Source: Candidatus Rokuibacteriota bacterium | GTDB lineage: Bacteria > Methylomirabilota > Methylomirabilia > Rokubacteriales > CSP1-6 | Direction: 5' to 3' | Assembly (NCBI GenBank): GCA_040902305.1 | Contig: JBBDXN010000145.1 | Coordinates: 3,734 to 67,733, forward strand | Length of the DNA stretch: 64,000 nt | In this document: piece after piece, positions 1 to 9,187 of the stretch | Layout: the number at the start of each line of letters is the position of its first letter | Numbering within the stretch: the first letter of the stretch is position 1 | Notes under the pieces: generated by a model | Seen by the model: only the letters and a program-made list of their open reading frames with translations | Told to the model about the DNA's origin: nothing | Databases searched by the model: none | Program-made: the position numbers and the translations under genes

Positions 1-345
1 GGGGCGATACGTCCGCAGGAAGCCCGGCAGCCCGCCGAAATGATCCCAGTGGCCGTGGCTCAGCGCGAGCACGTCGATGGCCCGGGGATCGAGGCCGAGC
101 ACGCGGAAGTTGTGGGTGATCGCGGCCTCCGAGGGGCCGAAGTCGAAGGCGAGCCGCACCGTCTCGGCGCCCCGCGTGATCTCGACGAAGTGGGCGAGGC
201 CGTGCTCGGCGCGCAGCTCGGGCATCTGCCGCGCCACGAAGGCATTGTAGCGGCGGGCCACCTTCTCGTCCTGGCGGAGTGCGTCGATGTAGTTGTCCAC
301 CACCGTGGTGACGCGGACCCGGTCGACCGGCTCGAGCGGAGCCAT
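1..345 (-). CDS. MBL-fold metallo-hydrolase, N-terminal fragment (gene continues past the window start)
   Basis: Minus-strand translation from ATG 345-343 stays open to position 1: MAPLEPVDRVRVTTVVDNYID...VLALSHGHWDHFGGLPGFLRTYRP. TVVDN and SHGHWDHxGG are metallo-beta-lactamase-fold signatures. ATGA overlap with the upstream gene's stop. Confidence 0.75.
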   Translation of the reverse strand, partial: MAPLEPVDRVRVTTVVDNYIDALRQDEKVARRYNAFVARQMPELRAEHGLAHFVEITRGAETVRLAFDFGPSEAAITHNFRVLGLDPRAIDVLALSHGHWDHFGGLPGFLRTYRP

Positions 346-1067
346 CAGTCCACCCGGCTCTCGTCACGGTACATCACCTTGTGGCGGGTCGTCTTGACCC
401 ATTCATCGATCTCGGTGTCGGTCATGAGGTTGGCGGGATCGAACCGGTCCCAGCTCGCGATCTGGTCGAGCCGCTTCTTCCATCGCTTGTAGGAGGGCTT
501 GAGCGGCGGGCCGAAGCACATCACGTCGATGATACTCAGCTCGTCGGGCACGGAGAGAAGCGGCTTCACCTGCTTCTGGATGTCGTCCTGGCCGATCGCG
601 GTGATCCACCACACCGCGTACCCGAGCGCGGCGGCGGCCAGATGGGCCGACATGGTCGCGGCGGCCACCGACTGGAGCAGGATACGCTCCGCGTTCTGGT
701 GGTAGCGCCGGTCGAGGTCGGAGCCGTCGCCGAGCACCGGAAAGGCGCGGACGAAGCGGAAGTCGGCCGCGATGACGATAAGACCCGGCGCGGTCTTCAC
801 CCCGTTGTAGTTGGGGGTGGGAAAGCCCATGCGCAGCTTCGCGCGGTGCTGCTGCTCGTCCACGAAGCACTGCCCGATGGCCTGCTTGGCCGCCTCATCG
901 GTGACCACGATGAAATGCCAGGGCTGGGCATTGGCGCCCGACGGGGCGTGCCGCGCCGCCTCGAGGATCATCTCGACGTGCGCCCGGGGGATCTCGGCGG
1001 GGGCGAAAGCGCGATTGGTCATGCGGGAGCGGACGACGTCCATCAGGGACTCGTAGCGCGATATCAT
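345..1067 (-). CDS. nitroreductase family protein (240 aa)
   Basis: C-terminal 240 aa of track ORF 345..2033: MISRYESLMDVVRSRMTNRAF...EAARHAPSGANAQPWHFIVV, a classic nitroreductase motif. ATG 1067 overlaps (ATGA) the stop of the upstream cupin gene. The upstream 320 aa of the track ORF are Arg/Ala/Gly-rich read-through. Confidence 0.85.
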   Translation of the reverse strand: MISRYESLMDVVRSRMTNRAFAPAEIPRAHVEMILEAARHAPSGANAQPWHFIVVTDEAAKQAIGQCFVDEQQHRAKLRMGFPTPNYNGVKTAPGLIVIAADFRFVRAFPVLGDGSDLDRRYHQNAERILLQSVAAATMSAHLAAAALGYAVWWITAIGQDDIQKQVKPLLSVPDELSIIDVMCFGPPLKPSYKRWKKRLDQIASWDRFDPANLMTDTEIDEWVKTTRHKVMYRDESRVD

Positions 1068-2119
1068 TCGGCGCCGGCTTGTTCGTGCCACAGCCCCAGC
1101 GCGCGGAGCGCGGGCTCGTCGTTGAGATGGAAGAGGCCGGCGGGGGCTTGGCCCGAGCGGTTGCGATGCGTGGTCCAGTGCCACGGCGGCACCACGAAGA
1201 CGTCGCCGGCCTGCCAGTCGAGCGTCTGATCGCCGACCCGGCTCTCGCCCTGCCCCTCGATGACGTGGACCACCTCGCTGGCGGTGCGGCGTTCCGCGCG
1301 CGTCTCCTCGCCGGGGCGCAACCAGCGCGCCTCGGAGCCCATCGTCCGGAGCGGGTACTCGCCGGTGCGCGGGTTCACGTGGCGCAGCACCCCCGGGGCG
1401 CGCGGGGGGGCGGGCGCGGGCGGGGCCGCGAGCGCGGCGCGCGCGGTGCGCCACGGCCAGCGCACCTGCGGGTAACCCGTCTCCTCGTAGCGCGACTGGC
1501 GCGGCACGAGACCGGCCGCGGTGAACTCGTCCTGGGAGGAGTCGGTCTCGGTCGCCGGGGTGGACGCGGGCTTCATGGCCGAGGCCCAGTTGGCCTCCAT
1601 GTTGCGCACCAGTGGAATATCGAGCCCGTCGAGCCAGATCACCGGCTCGCGGCCCTCGTGGCCGTGGTCGTGCCAGCGCATCGGCGGGGTGATGATGAAA
1701 TCGCCCGGCTCCATCGCGCACCTGACGCCGTCCACCGTGGTGTAGGCGCCCTCGCCCTCGACGATCAGGCGGAGCGCCGCGGCGGTGTGATGGTGACTGG
1801 GCGCGGCCTCGCCGGGCAGGATGATCTGCAGGCCCGCGTAGAGCGTGGCGGTCGCCGAGAAGTTGCCGGGCAGGCCCGGATTGCAGAGCACCAGCACCCG
1901 CCGCTCCGCCTGCTCGATCGGCACCAGGCGCGCCGCCTCGAGCAGGGGCGCCCGCAGCTCGCTCCACCGCCAGCGATGCGGCACCACCCGCGTCTGCCGC
2001 TCGGGCGGCAGGAGCGCGTGGAGCGCGGTCCACAGCGGCGCGAGGGAGAGCGCCTCCAGCCGGTCGGAGTACGCGGCAGGTAGCTGCGCGTCGCGGGTCG
2101 ACAGCTCGCGCGGGTTCAT
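1064..2119 (-). CDS. gentisate 1,2-dioxygenase-like bicupin dioxygenase
   Basis: Track ORF of 351 aa: ...LAPLWTALHALLPPE...AERRVLVLCNPGLPG...SHHHTAAALRLIVEGEGAYTTVDG... and a second cupin module (VVHVIEGQGESRVGD). Confidence 0.75.
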   Translation of the reverse strand: MNPRELSTRDAQLPAAYSDRLEALSLAPLWTALHALLPPERQTRVVPHRWRWSELRAPLLEAARLVPIEQAERRVLVLCNPGLPGNFSATATLYAGLQIILPGEAAPSHHHTAAALRLIVEGEGAYTTVDGVRCAMEPGDFIITPPMRWHDHGHEGREPVIWLDGLDIPLVRNMEANWASAMKPASTPATETDSSQDEFTAAGLVPRQSRYEETGYPQVRWPWRTARAALAAPPAPAPPRAPGVLRHVNPRTGEYPLRTMGSEARWLRPGEETRAERRTASEVVHVIEGQGESRVGDQTLDWQAGDVFVVPPWHWTTHRNRSGQAPAGLFHLNDEPALRALGLWHEQAGAE

Positions 2120-2229
2120 GAATGGAGCCTCAGCATATCATCGGCCGGCCCGCCGATGCGGTGTTGAGGTCTCTCGGGTCTTCTCGGTATAGTCACCGAA
2201 CCAGTTCACGGCTGCTCCGCGGGAGGTGA

Positions 2230-2814
2230 ATGACGGTGAGTCACTTCTTCGCCTACATGGCACGGATGAAGTTCATCCGCAGGTGGGGCCTGATGCACAA
2301 CACGTATCCGGAAAACGTTCAGGAGCACAGCCTGCGGGTGGCCATGATCGCCCACGCCCTGGCTCTGATCAGGAACCGCATCCACGGAGGTGACGTCGAC
2401 CCGGAGCGAGTGGCAACCCTCGCGCTCTTCCACGACTCGAGTGAGGTGCTGACGGGCGATCTCCCGACACCGGTGAAGTACTTCAACCCCGAGATCAGGA
2501 CGGCCTACCAGGCCATCGAGAGGGTCGCCCAGCAGAAGCTACTGGACATGCTTCCCGACGTGCTGCAGGCCGAATATCGTCCCTACCTCTTCGGCGCCCC
2601 GGATGACCAGCCCCATTGGGAGCTGGTCAAGGCGGCCGACCGGCTGGCGGCCTACACCAAGTGCCTGGAGGAGCGCGCCGCGGGCAACCGGGAATTCTCG
2701 AGGGCCGAGAAGGCGCTCCGCGCAAGCGTCGACGCCCTGGAGCTGCCTGAAGTCCGATACTTCATGGACACGTTCGTCCCCAGCTTCACGCTCACCCTCG
2801 ACGAGCTCGGCTAG
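2230..2814 (+). CDS. yfbR: HD-domain 5'-deoxynucleotidase (YfbR family)
   Basis: Track ORF of 194 aa: MARMKFIRRWGLMHNTYPENVQEHSLRVAMIAH...LFHDSSEVLTGDLPTPVK, the H..HD..D pattern of YfbR-type nucleotidases. Confidence 0.85.
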   Translation: MTVSHFFAYMARMKFIRRWGLMHNTYPENVQEHSLRVAMIAHALALIRNRIHGGDVDPERVATLALFHDSSEVLTGDLPTPVKYFNPEIRTAYQAIERVAQQKLLDMLPDVLQAEYRPYLFGAPDDQPHWELVKAADRLAAYTKCLEERAAGNREFSRAEKALRASVDALELPEVRYFMDTFVPSFTLTLDELG

Positions 2815-2881
2815 GGTTCGCGGCGCGGCCGCAGCTCAAGCCCCTTCGCGGATTCTATCGCTTTGGCCTGGCGTAGTGTAT

Positions 2882-4072
2882 ATGACCCAGGTGCGCGTGG
2901 AGGTCGTGCTGACCGCGGTGGTGGGGCTCGGCGCCCTCTCCATCGACATGTTCCTGCCGGCGCTGCCCACCATCGCCGCCGTCTTCTCGGCCGAGCCCGC
3001 CACCGCGCAGCTCACGGTCACGCTGTTCCTGATGGCCTTCGCGGCCTCCCAGCTCGTGTACGGCCCCCTCTCCGACCGCTTCGGCCGTCGCTGGGTGCTC
3101 GTCGGCGGCCTCGGCCTCTACGCGATGGCCGGGCTCGGCTGCGCGCTGGCCCCCTCCATCGGCGTCCTGATCGGCGCCCGCGTGCTCCAGGCCCTGGGCG
3201 GCGGCACCGGCCCGGTGGTGGCGCGCGCGGTCATCCGGGACCTCTACGATCGCGAGCGGGCTGCTCGCGTCTTCTCCTACATGAGCATGGCCCAGTCCCT
3301 CAACCCGATGCTCGCGCCCATCGTGGGCGGCTACGTGCACGAGGCCTTCGGCTGGCGCGCGATCTTCTTCGTGCTGGCGGGCGCGGGCGCGCTCTTCGTG
3401 GCCCTGATGATCGCGGGGGTGCCCGAGACCAATATCCGCCAGGATCCCACCGCGCTGCAACCCGGGCAGATGGGCCGGAACGTGGCGGTGCTGCTCACCG
3501 ACCGGAGCTACGTGGCCTACGCGCTGGTCAACGCGCTGATGTTCGGCGGCCAGTTCGCCTTCATCTCCGGCTCGTCCTTCGTGCTGATCGGGGTGCTCGG
3601 CGTCTCGCCGAGCGGGTTCGGGCTCTGCTTCGGCTCGGTCGCGGTCGGCATCATGACCGGCACCTTCCTCTCCGGCCGCTTCGGCGCGCGCCTCGGGCTC
3701 GACCGCACGATCCTCTCCGGCACCGCGCTCGGCGCGGGGGCCGGGCTGACCCTGGCCGGGCTGGCCTGGAGCGGCATCCTGACGGTGGCTGCGGTGATCG
3801 TCCCGATGTTCGTCTTCGCGATCGGGCTCGGGCTCACCCTGCCCAACGGCATGGCCGGCGCGGTCGGCCCGTTCCCGCGCATGGCCGGGCTCGCCGCCGC
3901 GGTGGCCGGCTTCCTCCAGATGACGGGCTCGGCGCTCTACAGCGTGGCGGTGGGGCACTTCTACGACGGCACCGCGCGGCCGATGACCACCGCGATCGCG
4001 CTGGCCGGCGTCGCCGCGCTGGTCTGCTTCTGGCGCCTCCGGTGGAGGCGGGCGCCCGGCGTGCTAGCATGA
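2882..4072 (+). CDS. MFS transporter, Bcr/CflA drug-resistance subfamily
   Basis: ATG 2882 inside track ORF 2603..4072 (same frame); 396 aa, hydrophobic throughout. LPALPTIA...YGPLSDRFGRRWVL is the MFS motif A region typical of Bcr/CflA. Confidence 0.85.
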   Translation: MTQVRVEVVLTAVVGLGALSIDMFLPALPTIAAVFSAEPATAQLTVTLFLMAFAASQLVYGPLSDRFGRRWVLVGGLGLYAMAGLGCALAPSIGVLIGARVLQALGGGTGPVVARAVIRDLYDRERAARVFSYMSMAQSLNPMLAPIVGGYVHEAFGWRAIFFVLAGAGALFVALMIAGVPETNIRQDPTALQPGQMGRNVAVLLTDRSYVAYALVNALMFGGQFAFISGSSFVLIGVLGVSPSGFGLCFGSVAVGIMTGTFLSGRFGARLGLDRTILSGTALGAGAGLTLAGLAWSGILTVAAVIVPMFVFAIGLGLTLPNGMAGAVGPFPRMAGLAAAVAGFLQMTGSALYSVAVGHFYDGTARPMTTAIALAGVAALVCFWRLRWRRAPGVLA

Positions 4073-4365
4073 GCGCCATGGCCGCGCGCCGCGCGAAGAT
4101 CATCCGCTTCCCGACGCCTCCCCCGAAGGCGCCCGCGTCCGGTCGCGCCGCCGCGGAGCTGGTGGAGGCGCGGCGCTGCCGCGATCAGACGGAAGCCCTG
4201 GTGGTCCGCGGGCTGCTCGAGAGCGAGGGCATCGCGGTCGTGCCGCGGAACCGCCTCGCGCCCTCGGTCTATCCTTTCAGCGTGGGCCACCAGGCCGAGG
4301 TGGTGCTGCTGGTCGCGGCGGCGGATCTGCCGCGGGCGCTGGCCGTGCTGGCGCGGGAGAAGTAA
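4069..4365 (+). CDS. small DUF2007-like (putative signal-transducing) protein
   Basis: Tail of track ORF 2863..4365 from ATG 4069 (ATGA overlap with the MFS stop): ...AELVEARRCRDQTEALVVRGLLESEGIAVVPRN... The family assignment is weak. Confidence 0.5.
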   Translation: MSAMAARRAKIIRFPTPPPKAPASGRAAAELVEARRCRDQTEALVVRGLLESEGIAVVPRNRLAPSVYPFSVGHQAEVVLLVAAADLPRALAVLAREK

Positions 4366-4374
4366 CGAGGTAAC

Positions 4375-4397
4375 CCCGCGGGCCGGACGCCCGCGGG
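4375..4397 (+). terminator. GC-rich hairpin after the DUF2007-like gene (weak U-tract)
   Basis: CCCGCGGGC-CGGAC-GCCCGCGGG, a perfect 9-bp stem 10 nt after stop 4365. Followed by CGGTCACCGTTTCCC; lies in a convergent intergenic region. Confidence 0.35.
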
Positions 4398-4519
4398 CGG
4401 TCACCGTTTCCCTCGGTCAGGGTCGCACGCGTGCGCCGGTGGGTTGCGGTGGCCTCGCCTCCGGAGCGGCCGCCGGGGACGCATCCGCCCTGATCTCTGC
4501 CTTGGGTATTGGGATAACT

Positions 4520-5299
4520 TTACTTATAGAACTTGTCGGGGTCGGGGTCTTGCTTGCTGTTGAAGGCGCGGCCCATCTCCTTGGCTTCTTCCGTGTGGTA
4601 GTAGTTCGCGACCAGGTGGTCGATGGACACGCGCGAGAGGCCGGTCACGCCGTTGTGGCGGGCGTGGAAGGCGGCCTTGAGCGCGCCGAGGGCCTGCGGC
4701 CCGCGCTTCTTCAGCTCCTCGCACATCGCCTCGGTGCGCGCGCGCAGCTCGGCGTGGGGCGCCACTTCGTTGACGAGGCCCATCGCCTGCGCCTCTTTCG
4801 CGGAGTACTTGCGGTTGAGGTACCAGATCTCCTTGGCCCGCTTGCGGCCCACCGAATCCTCGAGGTACCAGGTGCCGAACCCGGCGTCGTAGGAGCCCAT
4901 CGAGGGGCCCACCTGCCGGAACGTGGCCTGCTCGCTCGCCACCGTGAGATCGCACATGTTGGCGAGCACGTTGCCGCCGCCCACCGAGAAGCCGTTGACC
5001 ATCGCGATCACCGGCACCGGCATCATGTCGATCAAGGTGTAGAGGTCCACCACCGGCGGCACGTTGTGGTAGTGGAGCTGCCCGTCGTTGGCCTCCTTCT
5101 CGCCGCCGATGCAGAAGAAGCGGTCGCCCGCCCCGGTGATCACCACCACCCGCACCCCCGCGTCGTTGCGCGCCTCGTTCAGCGCCTGGGTCATCTCCAG
5201 CACGGTCTGGCGCCGGAACGTGTTGCCCTTGTCGGGGCGGTTGATGGTGAGCCACGCGATCTGGTTACGGACCTCGAAGAGGATGTCCGAGTAGGCCAT
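4520..5299 (-). CDS. crotonase-superfamily enzyme (enoyl-CoA hydratase; MenB/BadI-like)
   Basis: Track ORF of 259 aa: ...WLTINRPDKGNTF...VVVITGAGDRFFCIGGE...VIAMVNGFSVGGGNVLANMCDLTVA, the oxyanion-hole pattern of the crotonase fold. Confidence 0.85.
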   Translation of the reverse strand: MAYSDILFEVRNQIAWLTINRPDKGNTFRRQTVLEMTQALNEARNDAGVRVVVITGAGDRFFCIGGEKEANDGQLHYHNVPPVVDLYTLIDMMPVPVIAMVNGFSVGGGNVLANMCDLTVASEQATFRQVGPSMGSYDAGFGTWYLEDSVGRKRAKEIWYLNRKYSAKEAQAMGLVNEVAPHAELRARTEAMCEELKKRGPQALGALKAAFHARHNGVTGLSRVSIDHLVANYYHTEEAKEMGRAFNSKQDPDPDKFYK

Positions 5300-5323
5300 G
5301 GTGCGACTCCTTCGTCGGTGGAG

Positions 5324-6103
5324 TTAACGGGTCGGGATGCGGAAGAGCCGGTGCGCGTTCTCGGTGACGGTCACGCCCAGGGCCTCGGGCGTGACGCCGC
5401 GCAGCCCGGCCACGTGCGCGGCGGTGATGGCCACCCAGGCGGGCTCGTTGCGCTGCCCGCGATGCGGATGCGGCGGCAGGTATGGGCAGTCGGTCTCCAC
5501 CACCAGCCGGTCGGCGGGCACGAAGCGGGCAACGTCGGGGAGCGCCCGGGCGTTCTTGTAGGTCACCGGCCCGGCCAGGGAGATCGCGAGACCGAGGTCG
5601 AGGCAGCGCTTGGCGATCTCGACGTCGGCCGAGAAGCAGTGCATCACCCCGCCGACCTCGGCCACCCGCTCCTCGGCCAGGATCGCGAGCACCTCGGGAT
5701 GCGCGTCGCGGCAGTGGATGACGACCGGCTTGCCGAGCCGCCGCGCGAGGGCGAGCTGGCGGCGGAAGACCGCCTCCTGCGCGTCGCGAGGCGAGAGGTT
5801 GCGGAAGAAGTCGAGCCCCATCTCCCCCAGCGCCACCACCTTGGCGGACTCGCGCGCGAGCCGCTCCAGCGCCTCGAAGTCCGCGTCGGTCGCCTCTCCC
5901 GCGTCGTGGGGATGGATGCCCACGGTGGCGTAGACGTCGGGCAGGCGCTCGGCCAGCGCCACCGCGGCGGGATTGGTCTCGCGATCGGTGCCGATCGTCA
6001 CCGTGCCGGTCACCCCGGCGGCCCGGGCGCGCTCCAGCACCGCGTCGAGGTCCGCCAGCAGCTCGGGGAAATGCAGGTGCGCGTGCGTGTCGAAGAGCGG
6101 CAT
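5324..6103 (-). CDS. tatD: TatD-family metal-dependent hydrolase
   Basis: C-terminal 259 aa of track ORF 5324..7105 from ATG 6103: MPLFDTHAHLHFPE...GIHPHDA...GEMGLDFF...VIHCRDA...ETDCPYLPP. Overlaps the upstream stop as TGATG. Confidence 0.9.
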   Translation of the reverse strand: MPLFDTHAHLHFPELLADLDAVLERARAAGVTGTVTIGTDRETNPAAVALAERLPDVYATVGIHPHDAGEATDADFEALERLARESAKVVALGEMGLDFFRNLSPRDAQEAVFRRQLALARRLGKPVVIHCRDAHPEVLAILAEERVAEVGGVMHCFSADVEIAKRCLDLGLAISLAGPVTYKNARALPDVARFVPADRLVVETDCPYLPPHPHRGQRNEPAWVAITAAHVAGLRGVTPEALGVTVTENAHRLFRIPTR

Positions 6104-7407
6104 CAGGCCCGCTCCGGCTCGGCCTTGACCTTCATGATCCGCGGCCCCTCCATGTCCACCACCGTCCAGTGATGGCCGGCCGCGTGGAGCGTCGCTCCCG
6201 GCCCGGGCACCGTGCCGAGCCGGCGCAGGATGAACCCGGCGATCGTCTGGTAGTCCGGCGAATCCTCGAGCGGCAGCCCGGCCTGCTCGCGGAGATCCCG
6301 GATCGTCGCGGTGCCGTCGATGATATAAGAGCCGTCCGGCCGCCGGGTGACGGATTCGAGCCGCGGGCTGTCGCGCTCGTCCCGGATCTCTCCCACGATC
6401 TCCTCGAGCAGATCCTCCGTGGTCACGAGGCCGCCGACCTGCCCGTACTCGTCCACCACCAGGGCCAGGTGCAGGCGGCTCCGCTGGAACTGGCGCAGCA
6501 CCTCGCTGACCCGGGCGACCTCGGGCACGAAGATCGGGGGGTGGAGGAGCCGCTCGAGCACGGGGGCCGTGCCCTCGGCCGCGCAGCGAAAGAGATCCTT
6601 GATCACCACCACGCCCACCGTGTCCTCCAGCGTGCCGCGGTACACCGGCAGCCGGGTGCGCCCCAGCTCCGCCGCCCGCTTCAGCACCTGCTCCGGCGGT
6701 GTGGCAATGTCCAGCCCGAGGATATTCGGCCGCGGCACCATGACCGAGCGCACCGCGGTGTCGGTGAACTGGAACACGCGGTGGACGAGATCGCTCTCCT
6801 GCCGCTCGAACACGCCCAGGGAGGCGCCTTCCCGGATCAGGTACTTCACCTCCTCCTCGGAGACCAGCGGCGCCGGCGGGGCGTCCCGCTGCCCGATCAG
6901 CGTGAGCACGATGCGGGTGGACCGGGTGAGGATCCGGCCGGGCCCGGCGACCGCACGCACCAGCCAGGCGATGGGCCAGGCCACGCGCGCGGCCCAGCCC
7001 TCGGGATTGCGCAGGGCCAGCGCCTTCGGCGTCAGCTCGCCCAGCACCAGGGAGGCAAAGGTGATCAGCACGATCACGATGCCGAGGGCCACCGCGCCGC
7101 TCCACCCTTGCGCGCCCGGCAGGTCGAGGCCCGCGAGCCAGGGCTGCAGCGCGTCCACCGCCGCGGCGCCGCCGACCGCCGAGGCCAGCGTGCTGACCAG
7201 GGTGATCGCGATCTGGATGGTGGCGAGAAAGCGCTCGGGTTCCCGCTTGAGCGCTTCCGCCACCGCCGCTCCGGAGACTCCCTCGTCGCGAAGCTGGGCG
7301 AGGCGGCTCGGCCGGGCGGAGACCAGCGCGATCTCGGAGCCGGCGAAGAACCCGTTGGCGACGATCGCCACGCCGATCAGGATCAGCTCGATCCAGATGC
7401 CGTCCAT
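6103..7407 (-). CDS. hemolysin/CNNM-family protein (DUF21 - CBS pair - CorC_HlyC)
   Basis: ATG 7407 within track ORF 6103..7677, preceded by GGAGGTGAT. MDGIWIELILIGVAIVANGFFAGSEIALVS (DUF21), CBS region, C-terminal ...DGSYIIDGTATIRDL...TIAGFILRRLG. Confidence 0.85.
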   Translation of the reverse strand: MDGIWIELILIGVAIVANGFFAGSEIALVSARPSRLAQLRDEGVSGAAVAEALKREPERFLATIQIAITLVSTLASAVGGAAAVDALQPWLAGLDLPGAQGWSGAVALGIVIVLITFASLVLGELTPKALALRNPEGWAARVAWPIAWLVRAVAGPGRILTRSTRIVLTLIGQRDAPPAPLVSEEEVKYLIREGASLGVFERQESDLVHRVFQFTDTAVRSVMVPRPNILGLDIATPPEQVLKRAAELGRTRLPVYRGTLEDTVGVVVIKDLFRCAAEGTAPVLERLLHPPIFVPEVARVSEVLRQFQRSRLHLALVVDEYGQVGGLVTTEDLLEEIVGEIRDERDSPRLESVTRRPDGSYIIDGTATIRDLREQAGLPLEDSPDYQTIAGFILRRLGTVPGPGATLHAAGHHWTVVDMEGPRIMKVKAEPERA

Positions 7408-7415
7408 ATCACCTC

Positions 7416-8435
7416 CTACGGTGTGACGGTGAAGTGCAGGCGGCCGATGAGCTGGCCGGACGCGGTGACCACGTCCACCCGGTAACGGCCCGAGACGGGG
7501 GGCGTGAGATCCGTGTGGCGCGAGTGGGTCCGGAAACCCTGCCGGCGACCGCCCATCACCGGGGTCGGCAGCGCCACGCGGGCGAGGGGCTCGCCGTCCC
7601 GCCACCAGACGTGGGCGATCGGCTGGCGCACGCCGGCCGGCGCGTAAACCGCGGTGTACGCGGCCAGCTCGCCCCATTCGAGCACGGTGGCCGCGGGCAC
7701 CCTGCCGCTCTCCACCGGCTCCACCGGCTCCAGGTTGGCGACGCTGCGAGCGGCCACCGCGCGGGCCAGGAACAGCGGGGCGGGGGGCACGAGCGCGCGC
7801 CCGGACCAGACCAGGATCAGCGCGACCACCGCCGCGGCCAGAGCCCGGGCGTGGGCCCGCAGCCAGCCGAACGTGCCCTCACGCCGGAAAGCGGGCGCGA
7901 GCGCGAGCGCGGCGAGCGTGGCGCTGCCGGCCAGAGCCAGGATGGGTTGGATGCCCACCAGCGGCAGCGCGACGTTGAGCGCGGCGAAGATGGAGAAGCC
8001 GAGCAGCGCGTGGTTCAGCCAGGGCCGCGGGTGCACGAGCCGGCGGTACAGGGGGTCGATCGCGGTGACGACCGCGCCGGCCGCGACCAGGGCCGGGAAG
8101 ACCACGTTCGGCGAGTCGAGGGTGGCCGCCACGTAGTAGGCGGGGAGCACGAAGAGCAGCAGGTTGTGGTAGAGCGTCTGGATCGTGTAGTCGGCGGCGG
8201 TGAGGACCAGGCGCCGGCCCCGCTCGAGCAGCGGCGCGCGGAGCTGGGTGATCAGCACGAAGAGCAGCCAGAGGAGCAGCAGGTAGCCCACGATCCAGCC
8301 GACGTGCGGCAGCCCGCGGCGGAAGACCAGGAGCGCGGCCAGGCCCAGGCCCAGCGAGACGATGGAGACCGGCCAGCCGCCGAGCCAGCCCACCACCGGC
8401 AGGCGCGGAGCGAGCGCGGCCCGGTCGTCCGTCAC
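7416..8435 (-). CDS. polytopic membrane protein with DUF2914-like C-terminal domain
   Basis: GTG 8435 (GTGA overlap with the upstream stop) in track ORF 7416..9110. Multiple TM helices, then ...HVWWRDGEPLARVALP...GRYRVDVVTASGQLIGRLHFTVTP. The upstream part of the track ORF is junk. Confidence 0.6.
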   Translation of the reverse strand: MTDDRAALAPRLPVVGWLGGWPVSIVSLGLGLAALLVFRRGLPHVGWIVGYLLLLWLLFVLITQLRAPLLERGRRLVLTAADYTIQTLYHNLLLFVLPAYYVAATLDSPNVVFPALVAAGAVVTAIDPLYRRLVHPRPWLNHALLGFSIFAALNVALPLVGIQPILALAGSATLAALALAPAFRREGTFGWLRAHARALAAAVVALILVWSGRALVPPAPLFLARAVAARSVANLEPVEPVESGRVPAATVLEWGELAAYTAVYAPAGVRQPIAHVWWRDGEPLARVALPTPVMGGRRQGFRTHSRHTDLTPPVSGRYRVDVVTASGQLIGRLHFTVTP

Positions 8436-9187
8436 GTGGCCGCGGACTGGACCGGCGCCGGGATCCCTTGCTTCCGCCAATAGAAGAGGAAGAGCGCGAT
8501 GGTGAAGAGGGACTGGGACACCGCCAGGATGCAGTCGAAGAGCACCCGGATCACGAAGTGATTCGAGCCGGGCACGCTGCGAAAAACCTGGCCGCCCGTC
8601 ACCGCGACCCCGAAGATAAGCGCGAAGAGCACCGCGGCGGTCCAGAGGATGCTCCACCGCTGGCCGGAGGTGAGCTCGGCCGCCTGCCGCCAGGCGCTGA
8701 ACGGGGAGGCCCCGCCGAGCACCACCGCCGAGTCCACGAGGGCGAAGCGGACCAGCAGCGCGAGGATGAGAACGGTCAGCCCGATCAGCACGAGGCCGCC
8801 CACGACCTGGAGCGCGGGGCCGGTCCGGTAGACCGCCAGCCAGCCGAGCGAGGGCAGCAGGAGCACCCAGATCAAGACGAAGCGCACCAGCATCAGGCGG
8901 GGCCAGGCCCTGAACCCCTCGGCGAGGGCCTGCCAGTACGTCACCGGCACACCGTGCTTGATCCGCGCCAGCGCGGACAGGAGCGCGCTCACCACGAACG
9001 GATCGAGCACGACCTGCGCGGTGAGGACGATCCGGAGCGCGCGGCCGGCCGAGTCTTCGCCCGGATCGAAGAACTCCAGGTAGTTCAGCACCACGTGGGT
9101 GGGCAGCCACACCGTCAGCGAGATCAGCGTGAAGAGGTGCAGGTGACTGCCGAGGAGGCGGAAGGTCTCCCCGAGCACGGCACGCAC
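8432..9187 (-). CDS. hypothetical integral membrane protein
   Basis: Track ORF of 251 aa with about 6 hydrophobic segments. GTG 9187 overlaps the metG stop by 1 nt. No family recognised. Confidence 0.55.
   Translation of the reverse strand: MRAVLGETFRLLGSHLHLFTLISLTVWLPTHVVLNYLEFFDPGEDSAGRALRIVLTAQVVLDPFVVSALLSALARIKHGVPVTYWQALAEGFRAWPRLMLVRFVLIWVLLLPSLGWLAVYRTGPALQVVGGLVLIGLTVLILALLVRFALVDSAVVLGGASPFSAWRQAAELTSGQRWSILWTAAVLFALIFGVAVTGGQVFRSVPGSNHFVIRVLFDCILAVSQSLFTIALFLFYWRKQGIPAPVQSAAT

Noticed and set aside
345-2033. 562-aa track ORF that could be read as one large protein
   Set aside because: Only the last 240 aa (from ATG 1067) look like a real protein (nitroreductase). The N-terminal 320 aa are Arg/Ala/Gly/Pro-rich and overlap, out of frame, a convincing bicupin dioxygenase gene on the same strand.
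4439-6172. 577-aa plus-strand ORF
   Set aside because: It lies antisense to the crotonase and TatD genes, which have clear family motifs. Its composition (Gly/Ala/Arg/His/Val-rich, no motifs) is typical of GC-bias shadow ORFs.
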